Program-made: the position numbers and the translations under genes
Shown here: in pieces, positions 1 through 13,585 of the stretch
How positions within the stretch are numbered: the first letter of the stretch is position 1
Layout: each line of letters begins with the position of its first letter
Notes under the pieces: generated by a model
Told to the model about the DNA's origin: nothing
Seen by the model: only the letters and a program-made list of their open reading frames with translations
Databases searched by the model: none
Assembly: GCA_051362555.1 (NCBI GenBank)
Contig: CM120640.1
Location: forward strand, 54,166,788-54,230,787
Direction: 5' to 3'
Source of the DNA: Lingula anatina
Lineage: Eukaryota; Animalia; Brachiopoda
DNA: 64,000 nucleotides

Positions 1-867
1 AACTATGCATCCCGCACGTATCAGATTACGATGTTGCTTTACATGTGCTCTGCACCATCCAGGTACTGCTGTCTCCAATACTTCCCACTTCCCTTTTCAA
101 GCCTTCTTTATCATAACTACAACAACTATTCACTAAAATATTGCCATAACATGTCATGATTTGTGCCTGTCCCCAGTTTGTCAAGAACAAGGCTTTGTCT
201 GTGTATTACGTCATATTTTGAAAATCATTAAACATTTAACAGTTTTAATGTGTTCCCATTGCATTGGCAGAGTTTAAAATAAAATGGGCAGCACTACCAA
301 AAAGCTAAACAAAGATAACATTTGCTGTTTAAATTCAAATAATGATGAGTGTTATTTATAAATCATTTGTAATAAACTTACTCATACTCTTATGTGAAAG
401 TAGAGAAATTCAGAAATAACCTCTCATGACTAGAATCCTCTGACCAAAATACTAAGCAGTTTTGTATTTGTAGTCTACTTGGTTTCACATCTTTCTTTCA
501 ATTTTTCAGCAAAATGTTCAAAATATTTAACTTGGACTAAAATATTTTGAACCTCTAAGTCTTTATTAATTTTTTCTCATCATTTGATAAGAAAAAGTTA
601 CTTTTCTTGAACTGACATAATGCTAGACCAACTTCATGTATCAATGCAGACAGATGTTCTTGATTCAACTGATACCTCTGTATTCCCTAAAAGATGTTAT
701 TATCAACACTATGGAATGCTACTGAAGGTCCCTTTTTACTTCAGTGTTACTGGAATAAAAATACAAAAATAAAATACCATTCAATCCCAAAGAAATGCCA
801 CAGTTTTAAATACTCTTGTCTAGTTAAAATACTCTAAATACTCTGGAAGTACCAAAATGCCAGTTTT

Positions 868-898
<31 letters not shown>

Positions 899-3257
899 CA
901 ATGCAGAAATGTCAAAGAAAAATGTTGATACCAGTCAAGGTCCTGTTATACTAGAAAAAACAGTGAAAGAAACCTACAACATGTCTTCCCACCTTACAAC
1001 TTTTTACAAGAACATAGCTACTACTTGACAAATTCTTTAAGATTCTTTAAATCAAAGCAATTCATGTTTTGGCTTTATTTCAATTGACTAAGTCTTCAGC
1101 TAACATCTACATCAATGAAAAAATTTGTGCCTTTTAAATGCTACATTCTAAGACTACAGCTAAGCAGACCCAGCACCAACTTCTTGTGTTTCAGAAAATA
1201 TATTACCAAAATACCAAATTAAAAAGAAAGTTCTTACGATTCCCCAAATTGTGTCAGATGAAAATGTTTCCACTGTCATTGCTACAAGCATCATTATTAG
1301 CCTCCTGGAGTATGGGACTAGATTGTTAAATCTCAAAAAATTATCAATATATGTAGTAATACATCATACATATATCAATCTTATATTCAATGCTATTTGG
1401 CATTTCACAAGAAAGGCAGGCAAAAATAACCAAGTTTAGCTTGATTTTGAATCTGAAAGCTCTACAGTACATTACTTAGGTGTTCCATAAACTGTTAAAA
1501 TTACAACATCAGAACAGCTACAAAGATATCTGCCTAAAAATTGTGAAATTTAGGTAGTAAGACATACGGATTACAAATATGTTTCATGAATATAAGATAT
1601 TATCTACTAAGAATCCTTTCTATTACTTGCTCATCCATATTAAACACATAGAGCACTTACTGGCCAAACCCTTCACCCTCCATCTTGTAAGATGAAACAC
1701 ATTACCTGTAATTAGGATCCTAGACCCAATGCAAGGTCTACAAGGAATTAACTTTTTCTCATTAAGACTTTCTATAAATTCTACATCCTAAAATACACAA
1801 GTTTATCAACTTAATGTCAGGAGTCTCCCTTGCCTCTTGGTCACAAGCACTGTACAAAGACTTGCTCCTTTGTCTGAATCAATAAAACTGGTGACCTACA
1901 TTAACCCTCATACAATGTTACAGAAATGTGCCTGGCTCAAGCATGACCAGTGAGCAAAGGGTTTCACAAGGAAAGTGTCTCTCAAAAAAGTATTTTACAT
2001 TGCATTATATTCTGTAGGCTCTTACTTGTGAATATACTATAAAGCTTAAGAATAGTACTTTTTTCAGATATGTTTAACTCCTCTAATAAAGTTGGCTCTC
2101 ACACTGTTACACCATGGATTATGCATGCATCAATGGCACTTAGATTATAAGGGGAGGAGTCATCACCTCATCACCTGTCAGTCAAACTACCTGGTCATGT
2201 GATCTTTCTCTCTCACACACATTGACCTCTGGTCTGCCTGAAGCACTACAGCCTAGTTGATGACGTGGAAACTGTATCAACATTTAACTTCCCTTTCTTT
2301 GTTCAATATCTAACTACATACAATATCAGCACATTACACGTACAAATTAGATATGTTGCCTTGATTACCCCCTCTGAAAAATTTTTGACAACTGCAGGAC
2401 TAGTATTCAAGCAAAAAAATCAAAGATTTACCCCTTTTTCTTTTCTTTCAACAACTTATAAACCTTTAACATATTCATATTCAGTAGCTATCAGTGTTTT
2501 TAAAAACAAGAAAAATCTACTCTGATAGCAAAATCATGAAATATAATACTCCAACTATGTCAATACTAACATATGCAACTCTACTTAAAGCTACTAAGCA
2601 CAATCCCCTGAATAACTCCCAAATACTGTCTAATAAACACTTGCGGGTTTTTTAGCATGCAAACAAACCCTCACACACTCAAACCTTCAAGCGTCTTTTC
2701 TGAATAATAGATAATAAATAAATCCACAAATACACATTGCTTGCTTCAGTGATGAACAAGTTTTCAAGGTATGTACAGTAATCCAGTTTTAAAACTAAAA
2801 ATGCTTGATTGCTCACAAAATTAAGCCAAAGATTTAAAAACAATCTAGGAATAGTATACAAGAATATCATTACCTCCAAAATGGATTCCCAATAGCATGG
2901 ATTCATTCTTGGTTGATTTTGTAACTGATTCTTTGACTGTAGTTAAGAAAAAGAACTCTGAACTACTTACAACAAAAATGTCATGCCTAACTACTGTACA
3001 TGCTTTATCAGTAATCAGCTTGAGCTTGACATGTAACAACAATCTGCTCATGAGATTCTTAGCATCAATGAATTGAAAACTGCAGGCTCAAAAGTCAGGA
3101 GCACTTACAGGAAAACTATCAAAACCATCAAATGGTATTTGTCCAACTTACAACATGTGCAGAGATGGGGATTTCTTCAGTACAGACCATTTGCCCTTTC
3201 ACATGCAATGACAAATTTAAAAAATGAAAGTAAAGGAATTAGGCAGCAATTATCTAA

Positions 3258-3500
3258 GGGACCATTCCCACAGAAATTTGGATCGATCTTTCTCCCTGGG
3301 AAGTCTCACTAAATTGCTATCAAACTAACAGGCTTAAACGTCTGTCATGCCTAGTAAAGGTGTTAGGGGGTAATTATGTATACCCCTAGCTGATTTGGTA
3401 GGCGTGACAGACAATAAGCCCCTTGAGCTGATAGCAATTTAGCGTGAACCCCCAGGGAGTTAGGTCGATCCAGATGGATCGCTCTAAATATGGGAACCCA
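3258..3500. mobile_element. Second, inverted copy of the 38050-38610 MITE family
   Basis: Shares GGGAAGTCTCACTA, GGGGGTAATT and GCGTGAACCCCCAGGGAGTTAGGTCGATC with the reverse complement of 38060-38600. Confidence 0.6.
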
Positions 3501-6500
3501 GTCATACATATCAAGAAACAGGACAGTAATCATAAGTCTAATACACCTAGATATGCAAACCATCTGCAAATATTTCCTAAATTAAGAAATAGCAAAACCC
3601 AAAATTAGTTAACCTTACCAAACAAGGTTTTAAATGAAGAGATAGGGCAATCAAAACACTGTAAAAATCTTATTTTAAGTTGATAGTCTTTGTTTCAACT
3701 AGAGCCCATCTCATTAAATCTTCAAAGGTTAATCGAAAGTTCATTGTCACATAGTTTTCAAGAAGCGGGGGAGGGGGGGGTCCAGGGTACACGATTCACC
3801 AGAATGACCCAAATGATCCTGAAAAAGTCAGAATTCCAACAAAAGTCGGAAAAGTCTCATCATTGCTAACTAGTCGGTGGATCATGGCCCACTTGAAGAT
3901 TTAATGCCAAGATTTAATTGCTCTGCCCCTGCAGGGATGACACCAAAATCCATTGTCAAGTGCATATCATATTTGATCCGCAGACTATTTCATCAGTGGA
4001 TTAACTGGTTTTGAACAGGCCCCAACAGGACCTTGTCACTGATGTCTTTAAAATATTTTGCAAATGTGAAATGTGCCTTCAAACCATTGTTGACTCCAAA
4101 TTAACAACATGGCAGTGAACAATGGGCATGTAGGCCATGTAATGCCTTGTGTTCTTGTATTATACATATATTAGATTTCTTATAAACCTACTTTAATATC
4201 ATAAATGAAAATATAATCTGTAGACTAGTTATAAATGCAAAGAGTAACATAAAACTGAATCTGCATAATGTGCTGACATTTATACAAAATCTAAATGAAT
4301 AACCATTTGTGTCTGATTGAGGGAAATTAAGTTAATGCCAAAAAAGAAAGGAAACTAAAACATACACACATACTTCTAGAAAAACTTTGTGTTTCATGAA
4401 TGTTGCTTTACTATCCTGTTATTTTGATGGATACAAATTCAAACATATTGTTGTGGTTAAGACCAAAACAAACCATCAAAATTACCTTAAGGCATCCCAA
4501 AAGCAACTCAAGTTTATTATTATTATTTCATCCAGTGTATTAACATTTGCCAACAAATACCTAAATACCAACAATGTTTAACCATCATGTCTAAATACTA
4601 GTAAACTTTCCCAATGAGTATGTCCAAAGTTAGGAACTAATGTGCCTTAATAGTTATGACCTTTGCCTATTTTACACTATTATATTCACAAGTTAGTTGC
4701 TTTTTCAAAATACACAAAAAAAGTGCTATGCTTGCTGCTCCCCATTTGCTTGATATGATCAGCCAAATTTTGACTAATTTATAACAAAAATCTGAGACTA
4801 TTTTAAAAAGTTATCAATTTCTCATGTTAGGCAATTAATATTACAAAATATCCGAAGAAAAATATTATAAGAAATTTCTTAAAACTTGTCTTCATTTTAA
4901 TAAATTTACACTTCCTTCACAACTAGCTAGTCACCGAGCTAGAAGGGGCATTGGAATTGTGCTATTTATAACTTTCAGGATATCCCAGGGAGGCTTAATA
5001 TGGGGGCATGTCAAATCACGGTACCAAAAATATAAAATACAACCCAGATGACTGAAATCTAAGTCATGAGAAAATTATTTTTCCAATAAAGTTAAAAGTG
5101 TTCTCGAGTCAAATCACATGTCAATCAAAAGATTACCACACCAGAAGGGGTCTTGAAAAGGGGGAATCCCTGCTAAAACAAATAATACTTTCGACCACAT
5201 ACTGACACTGGCAGACCCTCAAACATCTTATTTTTGATGATATTGCGAAATTGAGCACTCAATTAAAATATTATATACCTGAGCAACGAAAGTCTGAGAT
5301 GTTCCACTGCCTGACACCCTCCTTTCCAGGAGACACACAATGGGCACAAGTTGGGAGAATTACAGTTTGATCAGCAATTTGCCAGCGGGCACCTTATGCA
5401 ATGATTGATCATTTTCTCCCAACTCCTCTTTTAGAAATTCTTCATATTATACTGTTACATAGACACCACATACACTTGCAAAAAAAACCTCCTTTATTTT
5501 CCATATATCTTACACTATATAAAAATCAGAAGGAAATCCCCGTTTTAAAAATTTGATCTCACATAGGTTTCTCCCAACCTTAAAACGAACTCAATGGTTG
5601 GGTTTCCCCAATCACAGTCATATGCGGTTCATCAGTATCAAAGACATGATAATCTTCAGTTCATTTATCACAGATATTATCGTCAATGATCAAATATTAT
5701 AAACTCGATTTAAAAATATTTTCATATTATTATGAATAAAATCACGTGTGACCCCTCTGCTCACCTGTCCGAAAATGGTCCTGGCCTATTCAGTCCCACG
5801 TTGGGGATGCCGGGTTTTCCCTTTCCAAAGTCAATGAATTGGAGGAAATTGTTTTCAATCACCTCTAACAGATACTAAAAATTCCAAATATTTTATGCTC
5901 CAAATGTTGATTTTTGAATCATAATACTAATTGGTCCGTGTTTTGCTAACTCTTACGATTTCCTGTTGCACTGTTAAATAATTACTATTTTCACCCCAAA
6001 AAATGGCTGACCTTTCTCTAAAATAGGAGTGGGGTTCTCACTTTGTAGTGCAGGGAGCAAACAAACAAATTGTTTACTAGTAAACAACCATTAAATCTTG
6101 TCTGAATCTCATTGGGTAATCATGAACATGTGACCTAATGTATCGGTCTTTGTGCAAAGGTCAAGATGTATGTCACCTCGCAGCTATGGCAACCATCTGA
6201 TGAAGTGTGCAGAAGAAGAGTTGCACAAATAAATACATGAATATGTAATTGTTTATTTTGCTTTGTTACTCTGCAATCTGATTGGTTGGACTAGGGCCAA
6301 TGAACATCCTGTAAGGTACTTAATTTACACAATTCTATTTTCAGAAATCACATAATATCTCCCAAAACAAGCAAAAAAAGCTTAAGTTCAACAGAACAGC
6401 AAAATTGATGTTTCTCAGAAATTTGTTGTATAATGATGAGAAAAGTTGATATTTTAAATAAGTCTTAAACTATTAGAATGCCAAAGTATGCAAAATGCCT

Positions 6501-7466
6501 TTTTTTTTTTTTTTTTTTTTGAAGGGGCTTTTGCATGCCAAAAAAAAAAAAAGCAAATGATGTTGTAGCTAAATCAGTCAAATGAGACAAATATACTACA
6601 CTTCATAGATGCTGCAGTTTCTTTTCAATACTTAAGTTCAACAGCACAATACGGTATGACTCTTGATATTATTTCACAACACTTTAACCCTTACATATAT
6701 ATATCAACATTTTTATTTGTACACATGTAGTACCTACAAGAATACAGATTTGCTTAAAAATTGGCTGGAAAAGCATAAATGCACATTCTCTTTAGTTTCT
6801 TTCAACACAATTGACTAGGGTAGTTTTAATATCATAATACTTGATACAGTGAAATAGCACAATCATGCAGCAACTATGGGTGATGTCACAATCACCAAAT
6901 AATAAATTTTGACTAATAACACAATCAGGAAGTTAAAAATTAATTTTAAATGTGTTAGCTGTGACATATCATACTGCCAATTAAAATGTTATTTATTGAA
7001 ATCGGCATTAAGGTAGTTTTCAAATAAATTAGACGGCTTCAGTGGAAAATTCTCTATAAATATAAATGTTTGTATGTTTGAACCTAACATGCAAAACTAT
7101 ATACAGACATTTTTTTCTGGATTTGATACTCAGCTGATCATGTATCATTTACTTCAGATTACCAGAGCCCTCCCTCTCGTCCAAATCTTCATACATTTTT
7201 TAAATAAGCTAGCAATAGCACAAACTGCTTCCAGGCTATTCTTATAAAGTCTAACGTAACATGATTGTAGTTTTCAAAAACGTATACCGTTATCACATAC
7301 TCAACTAACACAGAGATAGACAATGACCATATTTTTGAACTGAGATCCTGTTTTGATAAAAAATTTATTTCAGTTGTAAAGTATTTTCAAACTGATATTA
7401 AAACATAATCTGCAGTATTTTGATCAATCTTTTCCATAAAATTGTTTATAGATAGCTTCTTAAGAG

Positions 7467-7501
7467 GATGATGATGATGATGATGATGAGAGATGATGAT
7501 G
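7467..7501. repeat. (GAT)n microsatellite in the presumed MAU2 3'UTR
   Basis: GATGATGAT... with one interruption, 130 bp past the stop codon. Confidence 0.9.
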
Positions 7502-7631
7502 CTCCTGGTGATAGCTTATGATAATGACCAATGCACCATGAGGTCATAATGTATTCTATTCACATATGTACATTGTCTGTTTTCTTCCCCAGCTTGTAAT
7601 GGGTTCTCTTCCGAAGTTCATAGAGAATATG

Positions 7632-10600
7632 CTATAACAGTGGCCCACTTGAATTTGGAGAATTCAATAAATGGAAGGGGCAGGGTCCTTCAGTCCACTG
7701 AAATAAAAAGTTAATTCACTTATGATATGATATGATATAATACAAGGAAATACAGACTTTGAATAGAAATAAAGTTGAATATGATATACTGTTTTCTAAA
7801 TCAAATTAAGATTTCTCATGTGCAGTTAAAATGAAGAAGTTAAATAACCTGCTGCACAAAGCCAGGTTCTTAATGTATCCATAGTGGAATAATTCTCAAG
7901 TCCTTTTTAACTGTGATTCCAAAGGCATGTACATCTCCCACACACCTGCATTAGTTTGTGTTCAGGCTGGTTGGCTGACTGCATGTGGTCTGTGAGGAGG
8001 GACTGTGAAAAACTGTGATGGACTTGATGTTCTGCAGCCTCACGTTCATGATCACCTACTAACCTGTATAAATCTGCAACAGACAAAGGTGTAATTTGCA
8101 CAATGGGTGGTGACCAATACACCAAAGTCTCCATTCATTCAGAGTGTGTGTGTGTGCGTGCTTTGTGCATGTAAATGCTTAATTGAGGTTAACTTTTTTC
8201 TGGTATCTTCCTTATATTACATCAAATTTACCCATCTTACAACAACCTTAGAAATTTTTAAAATGCAGTCTAACAATATAGTATTTACCTCTAAGGAGAG
8301 CTGATGCCCAAAGTTGTACTTGCGCATCTGGGATTTTTGCTGCCAGTTGAATGGCTGGCGTTACCATGTTCATAGCTTCCTGAAAGGTTTGAGGTAGATA
8401 TGGTCAGAAAATGGATGAGTAATAGTCTGAAAACCAATTAATCTTGCAAAATATACAAGAAAGATAGCTAAGAAAAAGAAATCAATGGAAAGGAACCAAA
8501 AAGAGAATATATAATACTAGTGAAATCAAAGTTGCATTGGGTCATTGCAAGGGCTATGTTCTCCAATTTGAGACCATCTTTTAATTAAAAGATTTCATAT
8601 CAAGTAGGGATCCAACAAAAGAGCAAACTTACTTCGCTGTTTCCCAGGGATAAAAAAATATGTCCTAATAAAACCAGTGAGCATGATGTTAGGCGATTCA
8701 AGTCTTCAGCATTGGCCATCTTCAAAGTTTCCCTGAGATACCTCCTGAAAAATAAATCAAATATTTCATTAATTAATAATTTCATAAACAAGACATGCTC
8801 ATAAGGAAATTCAGACCCCTAACAACAGTCACTTCATAAACATTTTAAACAGTTCCTGAAACACATCACTTTGACACATGACAAGTGTACAACACAACAT
8901 GTACTTTTCTCTAAGTTTTAATGTGTACTTTCGGCTAAAAATCCCATGAACCGCCAGGAATTGATAAATCATGAGGAATTGTGGAATTTTGCACATTTCT
9001 TGTAGAAATCTTGTCCCTGCTTGGGCTTCAGTTCCAAAATGAATGTTCAACATAGAGCATCTATAATATTGGTCCTAGCACTAGGGTCTGAACATTAACT
9101 GGTGATAAATATAAGACTGGTTCCAAACTTTAGGGCCAATTACACAATCTCTCATGAATTGGAAGAACTGACTGAGAATAGTAAGGAATTAGTTAGGGGC
9201 TTAAAGAATTTATCATGATGAAACTAAGAACCCTGGAAGTTTAAATTCTTGGCAGTTTGTGGAATTTTTAGTCAGTGTGGAATAAGGGCATAAGAAAGTT
9301 TCAAGACAGAACTATTTATTTTTTCAATTCCAACTTACTTTGCTTCATTGTATCTAGCTTGAAAAAATGACTGTAGTCCACGAACATAAAATGCAGCTGC
9401 TTTCAAACTGTGAGACCTAAAACCAAGCACATGTCAATAAACTAATTATATGAGGCTGCACCCAGGTTGATATAATATTGTAGACTGCAAAAAAACATAC
9501 TGATCTCAGCCAAAGTCCATCATTGAATAGTATTCATTAAAATCTTTTTATTTCACTTTTTTGCACTTAATTTTAAAGACATGCAATTTTGAAATACAAT
9601 ACAGGCTACAGCCACATAGCTTATGTACCAATAAGCACATCTTAATTCATCTCAACTCTTCTCTTTAAATCTAGACACAGCTTTAAAAAAAACACTCACC
9701 CTGCTGGAATCCTTTCAGGGTCTATCCGGTCTAATAATGTCATTAAATCAGCATGCCTATTGTTCCGTAGGTAAACTATTGCTAAATTCAAATTGTTAAA
9801 ACTCCATAAGTTTGGTTCTGTAGATAACTGAAAAGGAAATAACCAAAGAAATAAATACTCCCTGGGTAAGATCCGTATAATGTAGATGGCTCATAACATT
9901 GTTACTGATATGTGGCCTACAAAATATAAACGAAAATGTAGATCAGTCCACCCTCATACTCACCCTTATGGCAGTACTAAATTGTACCTCTGCAGCATCC
10001 ATGCTATTCATTGACATTGCATACAGCCCCTAGGAAAAGAGATCAAAGCTTCTTAGACTTCACCAAAGACTTCTATTTAGTAACAATAATAACAGAAAAA
10101 ACAAATTTATCCGAATAAACAAAGTTATAATTCAATACATCACATTTTTATTTCTTACCTATTTTATATGGAACTTTTTTTCACACCACAATTTATGTCA
10201 AATTGTTTTGATCTATTCTACTCACCAATAATGTGTGTAGTTGTGCACCATGCACTTGGAGTAACTTTGGGCTTTGTTGACAGACTTGGCAAGCTTGTGA
10301 AATTTCTTGAATTGCCATGGTCTTGTTTCCCATAACAAGTCTACACATGATGATATGTTCTAACAACATCAGTTGAAATGATGACAGGAGAGGATTTGAG
10401 TCTAACACTGGAACAAACAAATTGTTCAACTCTATATCATTGTTAATTATATATGACACAAAAATAAACACCGCAAAAACTTTATTTTGTACAACTGCTG
10501 TAAAAGCCTTTACATTCTCTGAGACAGCAGTATGTAAATACAGAAAGATGTATAGGAATGTGAATTTTTATTCAAACTATTCTGATTGTACATACTTTTT

Positions 10601-12291
10601 AACTTTTCAATCTGCATGAGAGCCTTGTCAGTGTATTTTTGGGCCTTGTCCATATATCCTGCCTGCATGGAATGCATGACTGTTACCTGGAATAAATCAA
10701 CAAACACTATCACACAGCTTTCAATATAATTTATTTTAAAACTAGATTTTGTGACACCAAGCAAAAATATTCTGTTCATTAAATATCTGGGCCAAAACAC
10801 TGTGATTCCTGCACTGAGGTTAAATCAACTTTTTCTGATGTTTTTAATCAGACCAGGATAACTGAAATGAGTAAATTTATCCTTACCAAGTACACTAATA
10901 CACACATATGTTCCTTAGGTAACCACTGGAAGCAGTCTGCTGGGTTGGCTGGGAGAGGATCTACAGAAAGACCAAAAGATAAATATTATATACTTGTGTG
11001 CTTGTGCGTGTCAGCCTGTGTGCAGGTGTACGTATGTGCACAAAGATCAAAATATAACCAACTACTGACAAAAGATCCTTGATAATAAAGTCAGCATTAT
11101 GGCATAATGCAATTCTTAAATATTTTCAAAAGATAGAGATTTTGTTGTATACAGAAAGCATGAAACAACAAGTATTTAAGTTGTAAGTTAAGCCTGTTAC
11201 ACATTTATTTCAAATTCATGTGATTGAATGGTTTTAAGCAAGCAGATGTAGAAACTGTCAATTGTATTGTCATAGAATTTTTTTCGTAAAAAGAAAAAAA
11301 TTACTTGCCTTGGTCAATGTGTTCACTTTCATCTATGTGTATTGAGGTAATTGTCTGTATGCTTTGCTGAAGTTGCTTTAATGCTGGTTTTACACTTTTC
11401 ACCTATTAAAATATATTTAAAAGAAATCTTGTCACTTTTCTCTTAAAATTTTCAAAGCATTTAAAAAAAACTCCAAAATACTCCACTGGATCTTATGTAT
11501 TATGCTGAAAGAAAGTTTCATTTTGTATAAAAACAGAATACACAAAGACTGATGTAGTCAAGTCAGCAGATACACTGCACAAAACAGTCATCAAGTAAAC
11601 ATATTCTACATGAAATGAAAAATTTTCAACACCATCCTAATCACATTACATAATTTTATACTTATCTTAAAAAAAATGTAACAATATATGAGATGTACAC
11701 CTGTAAGTTGTTTCTATCATTTTACAAAAATGAAGATACTCTGTAGCTGATATAGTAACACATCTGTACCTGTCCTGCCATTAGAAAATGGCAAACTTGT
11801 AAAATGAGAAAAAACACTTTGAGCCCTTCTTTCCTCCCTGGATCTCCTTGCAACCTTTCTATAAGCTCTCCAGACAAACTGAGGCTCTGGTGGACTTCCG
11901 TCAGATTTTTGCTGATTAGTAATAGCTGAAATAAAATTAACTTCACATTTCAAAACCATTTTCTAATTGAAAAAGAAAATTTGTACAAAATACTCTCAGA
12001 TGTATTTTTATTAAAATCAAACAAATTATTTATGCCAGTCGGATTTTAAAAATATGTTTCATTCAATAAAAGTACAAAAAATTGGAATTTCAGTATCTCA
12101 CTTAAACATTTTTCAGCATGTGATTTTTACTTACCATTCCTCTACTAAGTAAGTATAAAACCCTACTATACTGTGCACCCATCCTTTGTGCAAAGTCAGC
12201 ACCAACTCCCAGCAGTCCAACTGCAGATACAAAATCTTTTTCTTGCACATGAATTTGCTGTAAGACAATATTGACCCATATATGAAACAAA

Positions 12292-12373
<82 letters not shown>

Positions 12374-13522
12374 ACCTCAAGGAACACACACATTCATGTT
12401 ACAGTCAAGTTCTAATGATTATGACACTTGAAAGCATAAACATCAACTAATAGAAATATATATATATCATTTTGAAGTGAACTTGGCACATTTCTTGTAA
12501 GAGACAACAATTTGTTTTTCATAAAACAATTGAATACTTTTCGTCAACCAAAACAAAGAACTCTGTACACCTGCTGCTTCATTTTCTACATTCATGAAGA
12601 CTTCATGGCTAACAGCACTGTGTCAAATATTCTAAGGTGAAGAACCTTTCATTTTATATCCTGAAATATCTCTGGGGCTTTGTACTCAGGATAAAACCCC
12701 TTTTTTCACTAAAATGATAACTTTTTGTACTTTGTACTCCAATTAATTGTCAAGGTTAGACTTAAGTCTCCTGAGATTACTGTGCATTAATCAATATAAT
12801 GAAAAGGCTTGCAGTGTAAAAAGATATCAACTATGATACTAAAACTACACATGAAAGCAAGTGCACTAAATGATTCTGAATCTTTGAAACAGCATGGGTG
12901 TATTTAGACTAAAATTACATCGAAAATGTGATCTTTTCTGGAAAGAGGCATCTTTAATAAATTGCTGACACAATACTTACTGCCAACTGAAACAAAAGTC
13001 TGCACCGCCAATATGGAGCATCACTGGAAATTTCTATTGCTTTCCGAAGTACAGGCTTAGCAGCATGCACTTGACTCTGAAGAAATAATCAATTTTAGAT
13101 ATCTCTCAGACTGGTTAAAATTAATCTCAGTATCATTTGGTAATATTTTAAATATGCCATGAGGGTAAACAGTCTCAATATTAATTCATATCATCACATA
13201 CTATAAATGTATTGGTCAAAGAATATAAGAAAACTGCTATGTAAATTTGATGGCCCATGTACTTTATCCAAAACACCCAGTTATATAGTCCAAGAAAAAC
13301 CAGATCTCTCTCAAGTTTTTGCTGCTTAGAAATAGCTGAAAAGTGTACTTTACCTGTTGCTCATATAATTGCCCTAATGTACTTGCTGCTTCAAATTTGA
13401 CATCATCAAAGGAAGGGATCTTTTGTTTTTATGTTAAGGTATATAGCTAGATTATAGAAGCAACTCACACAGTAGAGATATATTGCCCTTTCAGTCAAAC
13501 TCAAGCAAATGTAACTGATTTT

Positions 13523-13585
<63 letters not shown>

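Noticed and set aside
1-7400. Short ORFs and possible RNA genes left of MAU2
   Set aside because: No coherent exon chain, tRNA cloverleaf, rRNA or snoRNA box pattern that I can support; only TE fragments and poly(A/T) runs.
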